Positions 40,010 through 51,664 of a stretch of DNA of 63,813 nucleotides are shown in pieces (within the stretch, counting starts at the first letter, position 1; every line of letters begins with the position of its first letter). A model generated the notes under the pieces. That model was not told the DNA's origin and did not search any database. It saw only the letters and a program-made list of their open reading frames with translations. Source of the stretch: Rhina ancylostomus (Eukaryota); assembly GCA_030265395.1 (NCBI GenBank), contig JARFYF010000017.1:28013979-28077791 (forward strand). Reading direction: 5' to 3'. Both the position numbers and the translations under genes were made by a program.

Positions 40010-40410
40010 GAGTCATAGAGTTATATATCACAATAGAGGCCCTTTGGCCCAACCTCTCCATGCCTTCCTGAGCTATTCCCTTTGCCTGCATTTGACCTAT
40101 ATCATTCTAAACCTTTCCTATCTATGAGCATGTCCAAATGTCTTTTAAACATTGCAATTGTACCCGCTTTCTCTGGCAGCTTGTTCCATATACCCAACAT
40201 CCTCAGTGTGAAAAATTTACCTCCCTTTACATTGTTCCCCACTCACCCTAAACCAATGCCCTCTAGCTTTAGACATCCTTATCCCAGGAAAAAGATACTG
40301 ATAATCCATCTTATCAATGCCACTTATGATCTTATAAACCTCTATAAAATCATTCTTCTGCCTCTTTTGCTACAGGGAAAACAGTCCCAGCCTATCCTGT
40401 CTCTCCTTTT
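40010..40410 (-). mobile_element. CR1 3'-end fragment
   Basis: gagtcatagag...aggccctttggcccaac...ctctggcagcttgttccatatacccaac...agggaaaacagtcccagcctatcc. Confidence 0.8.
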
Positions 40411-41219
40411 TTTGTGTCAAAATTGATTTGGAGCTTTATCTCTGATTTCGCACAATGGTGTAGTGTGGTTTGTCTACCAAGGTTTAGGCATAGCACATGA
40501 CTACTTGGCACCCACACAGAAGTAGGTGATCCTGGTTTGTATTACATGACATTGCTTCTTAAATGTTTTTGTATTCAATTTTACAGTCAAAAGCATTTTT
40601 GTAATTCTTGAAAACATTTGAATATCTAAGTCTTTGTGACTCTTGCAACGGATGCATATATACTGGCATCTCTTTACAGAGGTCTCATCCAAGTGTCCAT
40701 TTATTGTAAGTGATTGGAAACAGTAGGAGTGAATAGGCTATTTAATTGCTGAGGCCATCCATCCTGAAAGTCAGCACTATCCTCAAATGGCATTTGCATA
40801 AATGCACTTTTCAACAAGAATCAATAAATAGCTTTCAGGACCTGCAACTTTGGTTGAATTTTTTTCCTCTAAACCTGGAGCACAAAGATCCATCTGCTAA
40901 AATGTTGAAAGAATAAGATATGCAATTCAGCATGGAGAGAAAGAAACAAAAACTTGTGATAGAATATTATATTCTATAATATGTGCATTATGGAATATAA
41001 TATTTTATGATTATGGATATACTTTGCATTTCCACTCTATGAAGCTCTACATATGAACATTTCTTGCATAATAATGCAACAATAATGCAACTTTCATACT
41101 TTTTTTATAACTGCATCAAGATAACAATTTGGAACCTGGAGAATTTTCTGCAAGAAGCCACTACAGAACCATGATTTTTACATTACATATTTAAGCAACA
41201 TTTTGCATCTCCTAAGAAG

Positions 41220-41475
41220 TGTCAGTCATGATTCAGTTGGCAGAATTTTCACCTTTGAGACAGAGGATTGTGAGTATGGTCATAATAACTAAGGCTGACA
41301 TTTCATTTAAAACAATTAACATGGCCTTTGCCATGTTACTGGTTGCAGAAGTCTGCTGTGTTCAAATTGGCTGCTGTATTTCCTGTGATACATCTGTGGC
41401 TGCATTTGAAGTACTATATTGCCAGTAATGCATTTTTGGTTGAAAAGAATTGTGGAAAATGCCATATCTCTTTCA
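41220..41475 (+). mobile_element. Deu-domain SINE remnant (SacSINE1/AmnSINE1-related)
   Basis: tRNA-like head (attcagttggcagaattttcacctttgagacagaggattgtgagt) and Deu core tgctgtgttcaaattggctgctgtatttcct...gaagtact. Confidence 0.6.
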
Positions 41476-41540
41476 CACAGAGGTATCACAAGTGAAGGGG
41501 CACCTCTTCAACATATGGCACCACTTCAATTTCACACACA

Positions 41541-43263
41541 GATTAGTGAGGGGAACAGACAGGAGATTCTGCTAGTCTGATAAGGATACCCGGATGGTGT
41601 GTTGTCTCCCTGGTGCCAACGTACGGGATGTCTAAGATCGGGTCTGGAGTATTCTGAGGGGAGAGGTTGAGCAGTCACAAGTCTTGGCACAGGGTGGTAC
41701 CAATGACATAGATAGAAAAAGAGAGGAGGTCTTGAAGGAAGATTACAGGGAGTTAGGAAGAAGGTGGAGAAGCAAGACCTCCAAAGTACCTTAGTTACTA
41801 TCTGTGCCATGTGCTAATGAAGGTAAGAATAGCAGGATCAGACAGATGAATGCATGGCTGAGTATCTGGTGTGGGGGGCAGGGCTTCAAATTCTTGGATC
41901 ATTGGGACTTATTTTGGGGGAGGTCTGACCTATTCAAAAAGGATAGGTTACACCTGAACTCAAAGGGGACCAATGTCCTAGTGGGAATGTTTAATATAGC
42001 TGTTAGGGAGGGTTTAAACCAATTTGACTTGGAGAAGAAAACCAGCATGTTGGGATAGGGAAAGAAGAATATAGAAACAAGTCCAAGATAGTATGCAGCA
42101 AAGATGGTAAGAGGGACAGGCAGGTGAAAAGGCAGGAAAATTTGCTGGGCAATAGAAATACAGCGAAATCGGTAGCAGATCCTGGTCTAAATGTACTGTT
42201 TTTAAATGCATGTAGCATTAGAAACAAAGTGGATGACCTTGTAGCACAGCTACAGATTAGAAAATATGATATTGTGGCATTCACCGAGTCATGGCTTAAT
42301 GATGGATGTGATTGGGAGCTGAATGTCCAAGGGTACACAATGTATAGGAAAGATAGGCGGGTAGGCAGAGGGGGTGGTGTAGCCCTGATNNNNNNNNNNN
42401 NNNNNNNNNNNNNNNNNNNNNNNNNNNNNNNNNNNNNNNNNNNNNNNNNNNNNNNNNNNNNNNNNNNNNNNNNNNNNNNNNNNNNNNNNAAGAAGAAATA
42501 AATGGGCAGATTATTATCTAGATGGGGAGAAAATTCAAAATACAGAAGTGCAAAGGGACTTGGGGGGCTTCGTGTAGGATACCCTAAAGGTTACCACCAG
42601 GTTGGATTGGCGGTAAGAAAAGCAAATGCTATGTTGGCATTTATCTTGAGAGTTATAACATATAAAAGTAAGGATGTGTTGATGATGCTCTATGGGCCCC
42701 TGGTGAGGCCTCATCTAGAATTCTGTGTGCAGTTTTGGGCCCCTTAGGAAGGATGTACTGATGTTGGAGAGGGTTCAGAGAAGACTTTCAAGGATGATTC
42801 CCAGAATGAAAGGGCTTACATATGATCAGGGATTGTTGGCTCTTGAGCTGTACTCATTGGAATATGGAAGAATGAGAGGGTATCTCATAGAAACATTTTG
42901 GATGTTGAAAGGACTGGGCAGATTAGATGTGGCAAAGTTGTTTCCCTTGGTGGGTGAGTCCAGAACTAGAGCGCACAGTCTTAGAATTAGACGGTACCCA
43001 TTTAGAACAGAAATCAGGATAAATTTCTTTAGCTGGAGGGTCGTGGATTTATGGAATTCGTTGCCACATACAGCTGTGGAGGCCTGATCATTGGGGGTGC
43101 TTAAGGAGAAGATTGATAGGTATCTAATTAGTCAAGTTATCAAGGGATATGGGGAAAACCATGAATTGGGGCTAGATGGGAGCATGTTTTAGCTCATGGT
43201 GAGGTAACGGAGCAGACATGATGGGCCGAATGGCCTACTTCTGCTCCTTTGTCTAGTGATCTT
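41541..43263 (+). mobile_element. Long CR1 LINE: ORF1 SGNH-esterase C-terminus, ORF2 AP-endonuclease start, gap, RT C-terminus and 3' tail
   Basis: LVRGTDRRFC...GTNDI...MNAWLSIWCGGQGFKFLDHWDLFWGRSDLFKKDRLHLN (esterase D-x-x-H); LFLNACSIRNKVDDL...VAFTESWL...RKDR..GRGGGVAL (APE); 100-N gap at 42390-42489; LVRPHLEFCVQFWAP...LERVQRR...RVVDLWNSLP; tail gatgggccgaatggcctacttctgctcc. Confidence 0.95.
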
Positions 43264-43534
43264 GCGGATAATTTGGCCACACAACAGGTAAACCCCTGGT
43301 TTAGTCAAGCACATGGTCCTACTGTCGTCCACTTCTGTTTGCACCCATGCATATCCCAAGACAAGGTCAGGCTGTATCTACCTGAGGAGACTGTTGGTGT
43401 AAACAATACCATTCGTTTCTTTTGTTTTAGATTAAGTTCACTACTTTTTTTCAGTTCATTAATACATGATCTGAGCACAAAGGCAAAGACGGACAAGTCG
43501 GACAAGTGCTCAGATTTCAGCCTGGGTCCAGATC

Positions 43535-43634
43535 TGCGCTTGCGCAGTTCAAACCAGCCAGGCTTCCCTTGTTACGCGTGCGCAGTACAAACTCACACGG
43601 CGGCCGCTCTGCGCTTGCGCGCCCTCTGACGTCA
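43535..43634. promoter_or_regulatory. Three NRF-1-type sites plus a palindromic CRE
   Basis: TGCGCTTGCGCA (43535-43546), TACGCGTGCGCA (43573-43584) and TGCGCTTGCGCG (43610-43621) resemble the NRF-1 consensus YGCGCAYGCGCR. TGACGTCA (43627-43634) is a perfect CRE. All lie within 170 bp of the ATG. Confidence 0.8.
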
Positions 43635-43702
43635 CTCGTCCTCTGGGCTGGGTGAGGTCGTTGCCGAGGCCCATCCGACTGCTGGCGGAGGGCTCCTTCC
43701 CA

Positions 43703-43913
43703 ATGCTGTCGCTCACCCTTCGCGCCGGGGCTTTTGCCCCCTACCTCTCCGCCACAACCTACACGGTGGCGTCGCAGCTCAGGCCGCTGGTACCCGGCTT
43801 GGTTCCCAAGGCCGACGCGGTGTTGCTGGACTTGAAGCGGCCGTTCCTGTGCAGGGAGTCGATGGTGGGGCAGGCGCCCCGGGGCGGTGCCGCCGCTACC
43901 GCCGGCCTCAACG
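43703..43913 (+). CDS. UQCRFS1: Cytochrome b-c1 complex subunit Rieske, mitochondrial - coding exon 1 (mitochondrial presequence region)
   Basis: ATG at 43703 opens MLSLTLRAGAFAPYLSATTYTVASQLRPLVPGLVPKADAVLLDLKRPFLCRESMVGQAPRGGAAATAGLN, matching the vertebrate Rieske N-terminus (RPLV...LDLKRPFL.RES...GLN). It ends AAC G|GTGAGT, a canonical donor at 43914-43919. Length is 211 nt (70 codons + 1, phase 1), the same intron position as mammalian UQCRFS1. Confidence 0.96.
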
Positions 43914-45689
43914 GTGAGTCCGGAGGCTCGGGCCTGGCTGTGAGGGTCTGGACCCTGCTGAAAGGCCACGGCCTCCCCTCACGATGCCTTTGGTCGGGTT
44001 GCTCGGTTTTGGGAGTTCGCGGCGTTTCAGGGAATTGCAGCCGGCCTTAGCTGGCGCTGAGGTTCCAGGTGACCTTGTGACAACTCAATCCAACAGACGG
44101 TTGTCACAGAACGGTCAGTGAGTAAAATACAAGTTTAAATCACCGGGCCACAAATAACAAGTTACAAAGCTGATTAAAGTTATTGACACAATTATCCTTA
44201 TGGTGTTGCGTGACTGCTGCTTCGACCACGGCCCCAGTGCAGCTTTAAGCCACTACCCAGCCCGCTTCCAACTTCAGTTTGGACGAAGAACTTATTTAAA
44301 ATGGGCTACCAAGGCGCGTAGTCTTGGTTCAATTTTTAATCAAGTTTCTAGCTAAACTCTGGTCAACCTGTCTGAACTTTGACACCAGTCTGTGAGGGGT
44401 GGGAGAGTTTTTACATTCAGGATGTGGGCGCTGCTGCCAAAGGCCGGATTCAATGTCCGGTTTCGCGTTCAATAGGTGATGAAGGGCAACAGTACTCTTG
44501 TTGAAGGTACTCCCGTACTGCACCTAAAAAGGAAAGTTCAGGATTTTCACTTGGAGGATTAATACATTTCCAATTTAGAATTGTGATGGGGGATTTGCTA
44601 TTGAAGAGGTCTCTGAATTATTATAGTGTGCAATATTGACTTCAGTTACATTGGAGGAGGAAGTGAAATTTTAAGGTGGTGCTTGTGTTGCCGTTTGAGC
44701 AGACTGGATGAAAGATGAAAGTTTGAACGTTCTTGGAGCTGCATGAACATGGGAAAAGTGAGAATATTCCATCACACTCCTGATGTACCTGGCAACAAAT
44801 CTGGGGAGTCAAGAGGGAGGTCGTTTGCTGCTGGATATGTTGTTTTTGGTGTGCTCTACTAGCTATGGGTTGCTACCAGAATGTGTCAAAGGCAAGTGAT
44901 ATGTGCCCTGATTTTTTAATCACAGAATCCAGCCATGAACTGCCCATATCCATAGACACCTTTTGATTTCTATCTCCTGCAGCATTCTTATGTATTAATT
45001 GATGATCAAAGCTAATTTATGTTACTTCCTTTTATATTTGCTCATTTTTTCCACCAGTCAGAATTCCTTTTGTTCAAGGGAAAATCAATTGATCTGGTCT
45101 GCTTTGCCTTGCCAATAATTGTTTCTTAACATTTATTTTTGGGATCTGTGCATTGCTGGGTAGGCTAGCATTTTTTTGTCCTTAAGGTGGTAAGGAGTGC
45201 AGCAGTTCTTCAGGTGAGGATATATCCCTGAATCTCAAGGGTAGCTAAATTGTTGGAAATAGTCGTTGTTTCAACTGGATAAACCACAACTTTCTACTTC
45301 TATCCCAAGATCTTTTGAGCACAAACTAAACCACAGGCAGGTATCTAGAGTAGCCTTCCTTGAAGATTACAGTAATCCTGAACCTACGGATGGTCAGCAC
45401 CTGAAGCAGAACAGGAAGAGAAGTGGCAATGAATGCACATGACTGGGTTGTGTTAAATTCTGTTCTTTAGTTGAGGAAACTTGAACCAGTTCAGCAACAT
45501 CCAGCCTATGGTGCTAAATGCCAAGTAATATCTGTGTCATGCATGTGGACATCTGGGTTCACCACTTAGAACAGTAACTTTCTATGATAGTAGATGCAGA
45601 TTTAAATGGATAAATCTGAAAGTTGCTTTTCGAAGCTTCACCATGTTTTGGTATTGAAATACATAAGTGTGCCGTGGCAGGTAGTTTGG

Positions 45690-45880
45690 TAAATCTGTTT
45701 ATTATTGTCATATGTACTGAGGTACAGTGGAAGACTTTGTTTTGCTTGCCATCCATACAGATCATTTTATCACATCAGTACATTGAGGTAGTACAAAGGA
45801 AAAGTGATAACACAATGCAGAATATAGTGTTACAGTTACAGAGCAATGCAGTGTAGGTAGACAAATAAGGTGCAAGGGCT
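45690..45880 (-). mobile_element. Rex1/Babar 3'-tail fragment
   Basis: Near-copy of 46390-46570 (ttattattgtca.atgtac..ag.ta...tg.a...ctttgttt...atcca.acagatcatt...tgcagaatatagtgttac). Confidence 0.7.
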
Positions 45881-46134
45881 GTGACTACAGCAATCGTGCA
45901 AGGTTGGATGTGTCGTACAAACACTACAAATGCACCAGAAAAAACACTGGGGTTTGCATCCTTGAGGTTTTAATTACTAAGTACACGCTTAACACTGAAA
46001 ATTAACTCTCAAATATGAATTTTAAATCCTTCATGTATTGTAGATTTATAAAACTACTACTAAACTTCTTGATCATTATTTCACTTTGATTTGACATTGA
46101 ATTACTAATATTGTAATTTTTGATTTAGATTTAA

Positions 46135-47830
46135 CAGAATCGTACAGCACAGAAACAGGCCCTGTCTGCCCTCTTGTCCATACTGACTGTGATGCCTCAA
46201 TTAGACCCATATCCCTCTATACCTTTCCTATCTAAGACCTGTCCAAATAACCTTTAAACATTGTAATTGCATCTGCCTCCTCCAACTCTTCCCGTAGCTC
46301 ATTCCAAGTAATTGCCCTCTGTGGGGAAAAACACTCACATCTCCTTTAAATTTCTCCCCTCTTACCTTAAACTTGTACCCTCTAATTGGTAATTATTATT
46401 GTCACATGTACCAAGATAACATGAAAAGCTTTGTTTTCCATGCCATCCAGACAGATCATTCCAAACATCAGTATGTCAAGGTAGTACTAAAGGAAAAACA
46501 ATAACAGAATGCAGAATATAGTGTTACGGTTACAGAGAAAGTGCAGGTAGACAAGGAAAGTGTTAGGGCCTTGACAAAGTAGATTGAGAGATCAAGAGTT
46601 TGTCTTTGTCGTACAATAGGTCCATTCAGAAGTCTTACAACAGTGGGATAGAATCTTCCTTGAGCCTGTTGGCACATGTTTTCAAGCTCTTGTATCTTCT
46701 GCCCAATGTGAAGGGGAAGAAGAGAGAATGACTGAGGTGGGAGGGGTCTTTGATTATGTTAGTTGCTTTCCCAAGGCAGCAGGAGGTGTAGATAGTCAAT
46801 GGAAGGGAGGCTGGTTTTTGTGATGGACTGGGCTGTGTTCACTGCTCTGCAATTTCTTGCAGTCTTGGGCAGAGCAGTTGCCATTCCCAAGGTGTGATGC
46901 ATTTGGATAGGATGCTTTGTATGGTGAATCTGTAAAAATTGGTGAGGGTCATCGAGGATGTGTCAAATCTCCTTAGCCTTTTGAGGAAGTGGAGGCACTT
47001 GTGTGCTTTCTTGGCCATGCCATCTAGATTCTCTTGCCAGAAGAAGACTCTGACTATCTATCTGGTCTTTACCCCTCATAATTTTGTAAACCTCTTTAAA
47101 GTCACACCTCTGCCTCCTGCATTTCAGTGAGAATCAACCCAACCTATCCACTATCCCCTTGTAACAACATTCCTCCATTCCAGATAGTATCCTGGTGAAT
47201 CTCTTCTGCACTTTCTCAATTGTTGCAACATCTTTCCTATAACACAGTGACCAGAACAGTACATAAAAAAACTTCAAATATGATCTAACTAACATCTTGT
47301 ACAGCTGCAGTGTGACACCCCAACTCTCATATTCAGTGCCTCGGCTGATGAAGGCAAACATACTAAATGCCTTCATTACCCTATTCACGTATGTTGCCAC
47401 TTTCACTGAGCTATGGACTTGCACCCCGAGGTCCCTCTGTATATCAATGCTCCTAAGATCCCTGCCATATGTCTCTATATGTCCCACCAGAATTTGACTT
47501 CCAAAGTGTATTACCTTGCACTTGTCTGGCTTAAATTCCATCCGCTACTGCTCCACCTAACTTTCCTCCTGAGCTATGTTCTGCTCTATCCCTAGACAAC
47601 CTTTGTCAATCTCTATGACTCCATCAATGTTCATGTTGTCTGCAAACTTGCTAATCAGGCCACCTATATTTTCATTCACGTCATTTATATGCATTTCGCC
47701 CAACAAAGTTCCAGAACTGATCCCTTTAGTACACTACTTGTTACAGTCTTCCAGTCAGAAATATGGCCATCCAACAATACCTTGTGCCTCCTATCACCAA
47801 GTCAGTTTGGATCCAGTTTGCCAATGTGTT
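46135..47830 (-). mobile_element. CR1 LINE 3' ~1 kb, interrupted by a Rex1/Babar fragment
   Basis: Antisense MEFKPDKCKVIHFG...QRDLGVQVHSSVKV...LYKMLVRSYL...IEKVQKRFTRIL. The CR1 3' terminus (tacagcacagaaacaggccc) is at ~46140. Confidence 0.88.
46388..47020 (-). mobile_element. Rex1/Babar LINE 3' fragment nested in CR1
   Basis: Antisense MAKKAHKCLHFLKRLRRF...L.NFYRFTIQSILS.CI..W.GNCSAQD.KKLQ and F.PTVVRLLNG. Confidence 0.82.
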
Positions 47831-48929
47831 GGATATCAGGAAAGGTTCTTTATGCTGATTTGGTTCAGGAGATGCATGGGGACTTGCTGTCAAATTACAA
47901 CAGCCCCAAAGAGGGAATCTCACTGTTTTAGATTTCTTGATCATTGCTTATGTAGAAGTGTGATGAATGGTTGGTGTGGCTTGTTTGCCATTGCCTTTAA
48001 AGGGGGACAGGCTTTGAGCAACAAATGAATACAAGTCTACCATAGATGAGCACCCGGATTCGCTTCAGCTACTTGTTTGAGTTGGATCACTGGCTAGTGT
48101 TTTTTGGGAAGTTTATTCTTAGTTTCATCTACGTTGATTGGTAGTAGGCTGTAGAAGTGCAACAATTCACCTTGTGTAGTTGAAATAAACCATTTTTTCT
48201 ATTTGTGGTTTAAAGAGTTAAATTTTGAAGTATTAAGGTGTCTGCTCAAAATTGCATCGTATAAGTTTTTAATCACTTGAGTTCTCATTAAATTCTTTCT
48301 TGTGTAAAATCTTGAAGATTACACTCCTCTACAATTTATGTAGAATGAAATAAATAGAGGCTGCCTTGAGGTGCTTTCATGCAAAAATTCCTTTCAACAT
48401 AATATACCTTAAATTATCTACAGAATAAAAAAAATTACTGAGAATGTAATTCATAAGAAATTTTTCACTTCTCAAAATATACTCTAATACTCTGTACTCC
48501 AAATGAGTTATTAGGTGCTGAATTATTCATGCTGGCTATAGTTGAATGCTAAATCTGGAACTAATTTACACATTTAGCTTTTTTTCTTTCCTACCTCTTC
48601 CCCCATAATCAGCATCACCGACATTGTTTCCAGACACTCTGTTTTTAGCTATATTTTTTGTGCTGTCCTATCTAACTAATAGGAAAATTGCTTGTTCACA
48701 TGGCATTACGGCAACTCTTCCTCAGAAGCTGTGATGAGATAACTGCAAAACAAAATCACAGTAACTGAATAATTAATATGGAAGTCATCTAATTTTAAGA
48801 TTAGAAGTTTTAAAAAGAATGCAAATTTTTTCTTACATTTCCCTATTATAACAATGATTAGTCTTAAAGTACTACTGCAGAACATTGGAATGGTCATTTA
48901 GGACTGAGAGGTGTCATAGATGGATTGAA

Positions 48930-49380
48930 AATAAGAGCAGGAGCATGTCATTTGGTCCTACAGGCCTGTTCCACCATTCAATTTGAACATGGCTGATTGT
49001 CTGCTTTGATACCCTGTACCCACTTTCTGCACATATCGCTTAATCTCTTTGGTATTCAAAAATACTAACCTTTTCCTTGAATACATTTAATTACCTGGTT
49101 TCAAAGGTTCACCACCATTTGGATGAAGAAATTTGTCCTAATCTCAGTTCTAAATGGCATTCCTCATATCCTGAGGATGTGACCCCTAGGTTCTGGACTC
49201 TCCAGCCATCTGGAACATCCTCTCTGGATTTGGTATGTCTTATCCTGTTCAAATGTTATAGTTTTCTATGTGATATCTTCTCATTCTTCTACATTTCAGT
49301 GAATAAAGACCTTACTAACCTAATCTGTCCCTAAATACCAGTCCTTCTCCCCTAGAAATTAGTTTAGTCAACATAAATGC
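48930..49380 (-). mobile_element. CR1 3'-end fragment
   Basis: gagcaggagcatgtcatttggtcc...ccaccattcaatt..catggctgat...gaagaaatttgtcctaatctcagttctaaatgg. Confidence 0.7.
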
Positions 49381-51039
49381 AAGTTTTTCTTTTAGTATTT
49401 GAATTTTGGAAACATTTAGTGATTTTTCTTTTAGTTGAGTAGATCTTTGTCAAAAAATAGGTGTTATAGATTTAAGCCTGGCATTGATAAATGTAGGGAC
49501 AATAAGACTGCAAAGTGATGCACATAACCTCTTCAGAGTAAATTAGCACACACAACTTTTCAGTTCGATTTCAACATATTTGTGGCTGGGGTCATTTATG
49601 TACAAAAAAGGGTGAAAAATTGATGTGAATAGCCAGGAGCTGTGGAAATCCAAAGCAATTTAAATGCTTACGTACACATCACTACAATGACCAGAGGCTA
49701 GAATATAAAAGGGAGGAAGCAGGTGAAATGCTGTTTTTTTTCTTTTATCTAACTTTTTTTTGCTTGTTCTGAGCATTGTTTAGAATATGTTGACCTTGTA
49801 AGAAATACCATGCAGATTCACCAGGAATATTGCCAGATCTCCTGCTAAGAGAGAGAGATAAAATAGTCTTGAACTTCCTAGAATAAATAAAGTGAAGCAG
49901 TGGTTTTGAATGAAATGTTTACGATCTTGAAACCTGAATACTTTTGTCAGGACAAGTAAAATCTGATCTAGACCATTCAGGAGAAAAACTAAGAAGCACC
50001 ACAACATGGTATTGGTGTGATATCCTCTCAAATCACAAGTCTGAGGATTTTGTTTCTGAATTTTTGTTGGGCAATTGTATTAATCAGCAATGAAGCCATG
50101 ATGGGTAATTATTGAATGTACAGACTAGTGATCTAAACATCTGGCAGAATAGGCCCAGGGGGCAGAATGACCTATGCAAATCCAGTGTTTAAATACTGTG
50201 CTTTGCACAAACGTTCATAATTTGTCAAATTTTGCTTGGGTCTATTTCTATTTGGCAAAGTATCTGCCCCCTTTTTGCCTTTCATTTTGTTTTTTTAAAA
50301 AAAAGATGAGCAACTGTCACCTGGTTTCCTCAAGGCTCCCAGTGGCAAGTATTCAATGTAAAATCAGTTCAAAATGACTTTTCAATAGTAACTTGAATAT
50401 TAATATCTTTACAGAAAAGTGAAACCATATTCTTCATATTTTGAAAATAGATATTATAAATGTTTCTGACGAAAATGCTTTATATTTAACATAAATCGCT
50501 TTAAACGAGGAAAGTCACTGGTCCTCATTTGAAATTTGGAAGGTGGTCCGCATCGTCAAAGATGAATTCTTAATCACACCATGGTACCAGCAAAAATAAA
50601 TCGATCGAGATAGATGTTGCTTCATATTGTAGCAACCTTGCCTCATTTACTGGTCTTAACACCTTTTGTCAAAATAAATTCCGATTTGAATTAATTCACT
50701 CATGATGTAAGAATTATTGTAACTATGCACATCTTATAGTTTTGAAATTCAGTGACCTATCTTTAATCTTGTCCTGTTATTGCAAAATGTGTCATATAGA
50801 AATTAATTTGAGCATATGGTTTTCACTGAGTTATTTTGCTTATGTCAGTACTTTATATGGAAGTGTAGTATAAAGCTTCACTTTCAACATTTTTCTTAAC
50901 AGTAACATTGTATAAGACCAAGCTGCCAGCAATACTTTATTGGGTGTTATTTCATAAGTTCAGAACCAGAAAGGGTGAACAAGGCCCATCATTCAGTACT
51001 ACTAGGACAAAAGAGTAGATGCAAAATTGAATTTCTTGC

Positions 51040-51380
51040 ATTTCCTTCCCTTTATTCTACGGTCTACAGTCCTCTCCTACCAGGTTCCTACTTCAATTCT
51101 TTGCTTCTTCTACCTCAGCTTCTTACATGACTCCCTCTCATTCTCCCCTTCCCCACCCACCTACCATCCCTCTGTCACCTGGACTCGCCTATAACCTGCC
51201 AGCCTGTGCTCCTCCCCTGACCTCCTCCTTCTGGCCTCTGCCCTCTTCCTTTCCAGTCCTGATGAAGGGTCTCGACCCCGACATGTATTTCCCTCATAAA
51301 TGCTGTCAGACTCACTGAGTTCCTCCAGCATCTTGCGTGTGTTGCTCTAGATTCCAGCATCTGCAGATTTTCTTTTGTCT
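51040..51380 (+). mobile_element. Penelope-like element 3' tail with hammerhead relic
   Basis: Pyrimidine-rich body, then cagtc-CTGATGA-A-GGGT-CTCG-ACCC and the ...tgagttcctccagcat...gattccagcatctgcag tail. Confidence 0.75.
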
Positions 51381-51664
51381 TGAATTTCTTGCAGGCAGCT
51401 TTACCAGGAAACTACCAGGCGAAGTAGTTAAATTTCAAATTATGACAGAGCAGGGCCAAAACTTGTTAATAGATGAAACACTAGTGGGCATCCAATAAGA
51501 TGCAACAATATGCTTGATTAATGCCCATGATCAATTAGCTTGTTAACTAACTTTATTTTTAGTTTTTGAAATGTACAAAGCCCATCTCACAGATCAAATA
51601 CTGAAGCTGGGAGAGAGAGAAAGATACTTGCACACTTTCCTTGCATTTTTCTTTCAGAATATCT

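Larger units (their letters stand above)
43530..44060 (+). promoter_or_regulatory. UQCRFS1: CpG island / housekeeping promoter of UQCRFS1
   Basis: Abrupt GC- and CpG-rich segment spanning the upstream region, exon 1 and the start of intron 1, in an otherwise CpG-depleted window. Confidence 0.88.

Noticed and set aside
43517-43969. 150-aa antisense ORF over UQCRFS1 exon 1, and extension of the sense ORF to 43652-44050
   Set aside because: Stop-poor frames are expected in a GC-rich CpG island. There is no recognisable domain, and Rieske similarity ends exactly at the GTGAGT donor.
48705-48760. Possible 33-nt minus-strand micro-exon (ttttgcAG|...YLITASEEELP|GTAATG) within the UQCRFS1 intron
   Set aside because: The donor is weak, the peptide is unrecognised and no partner exons were found.
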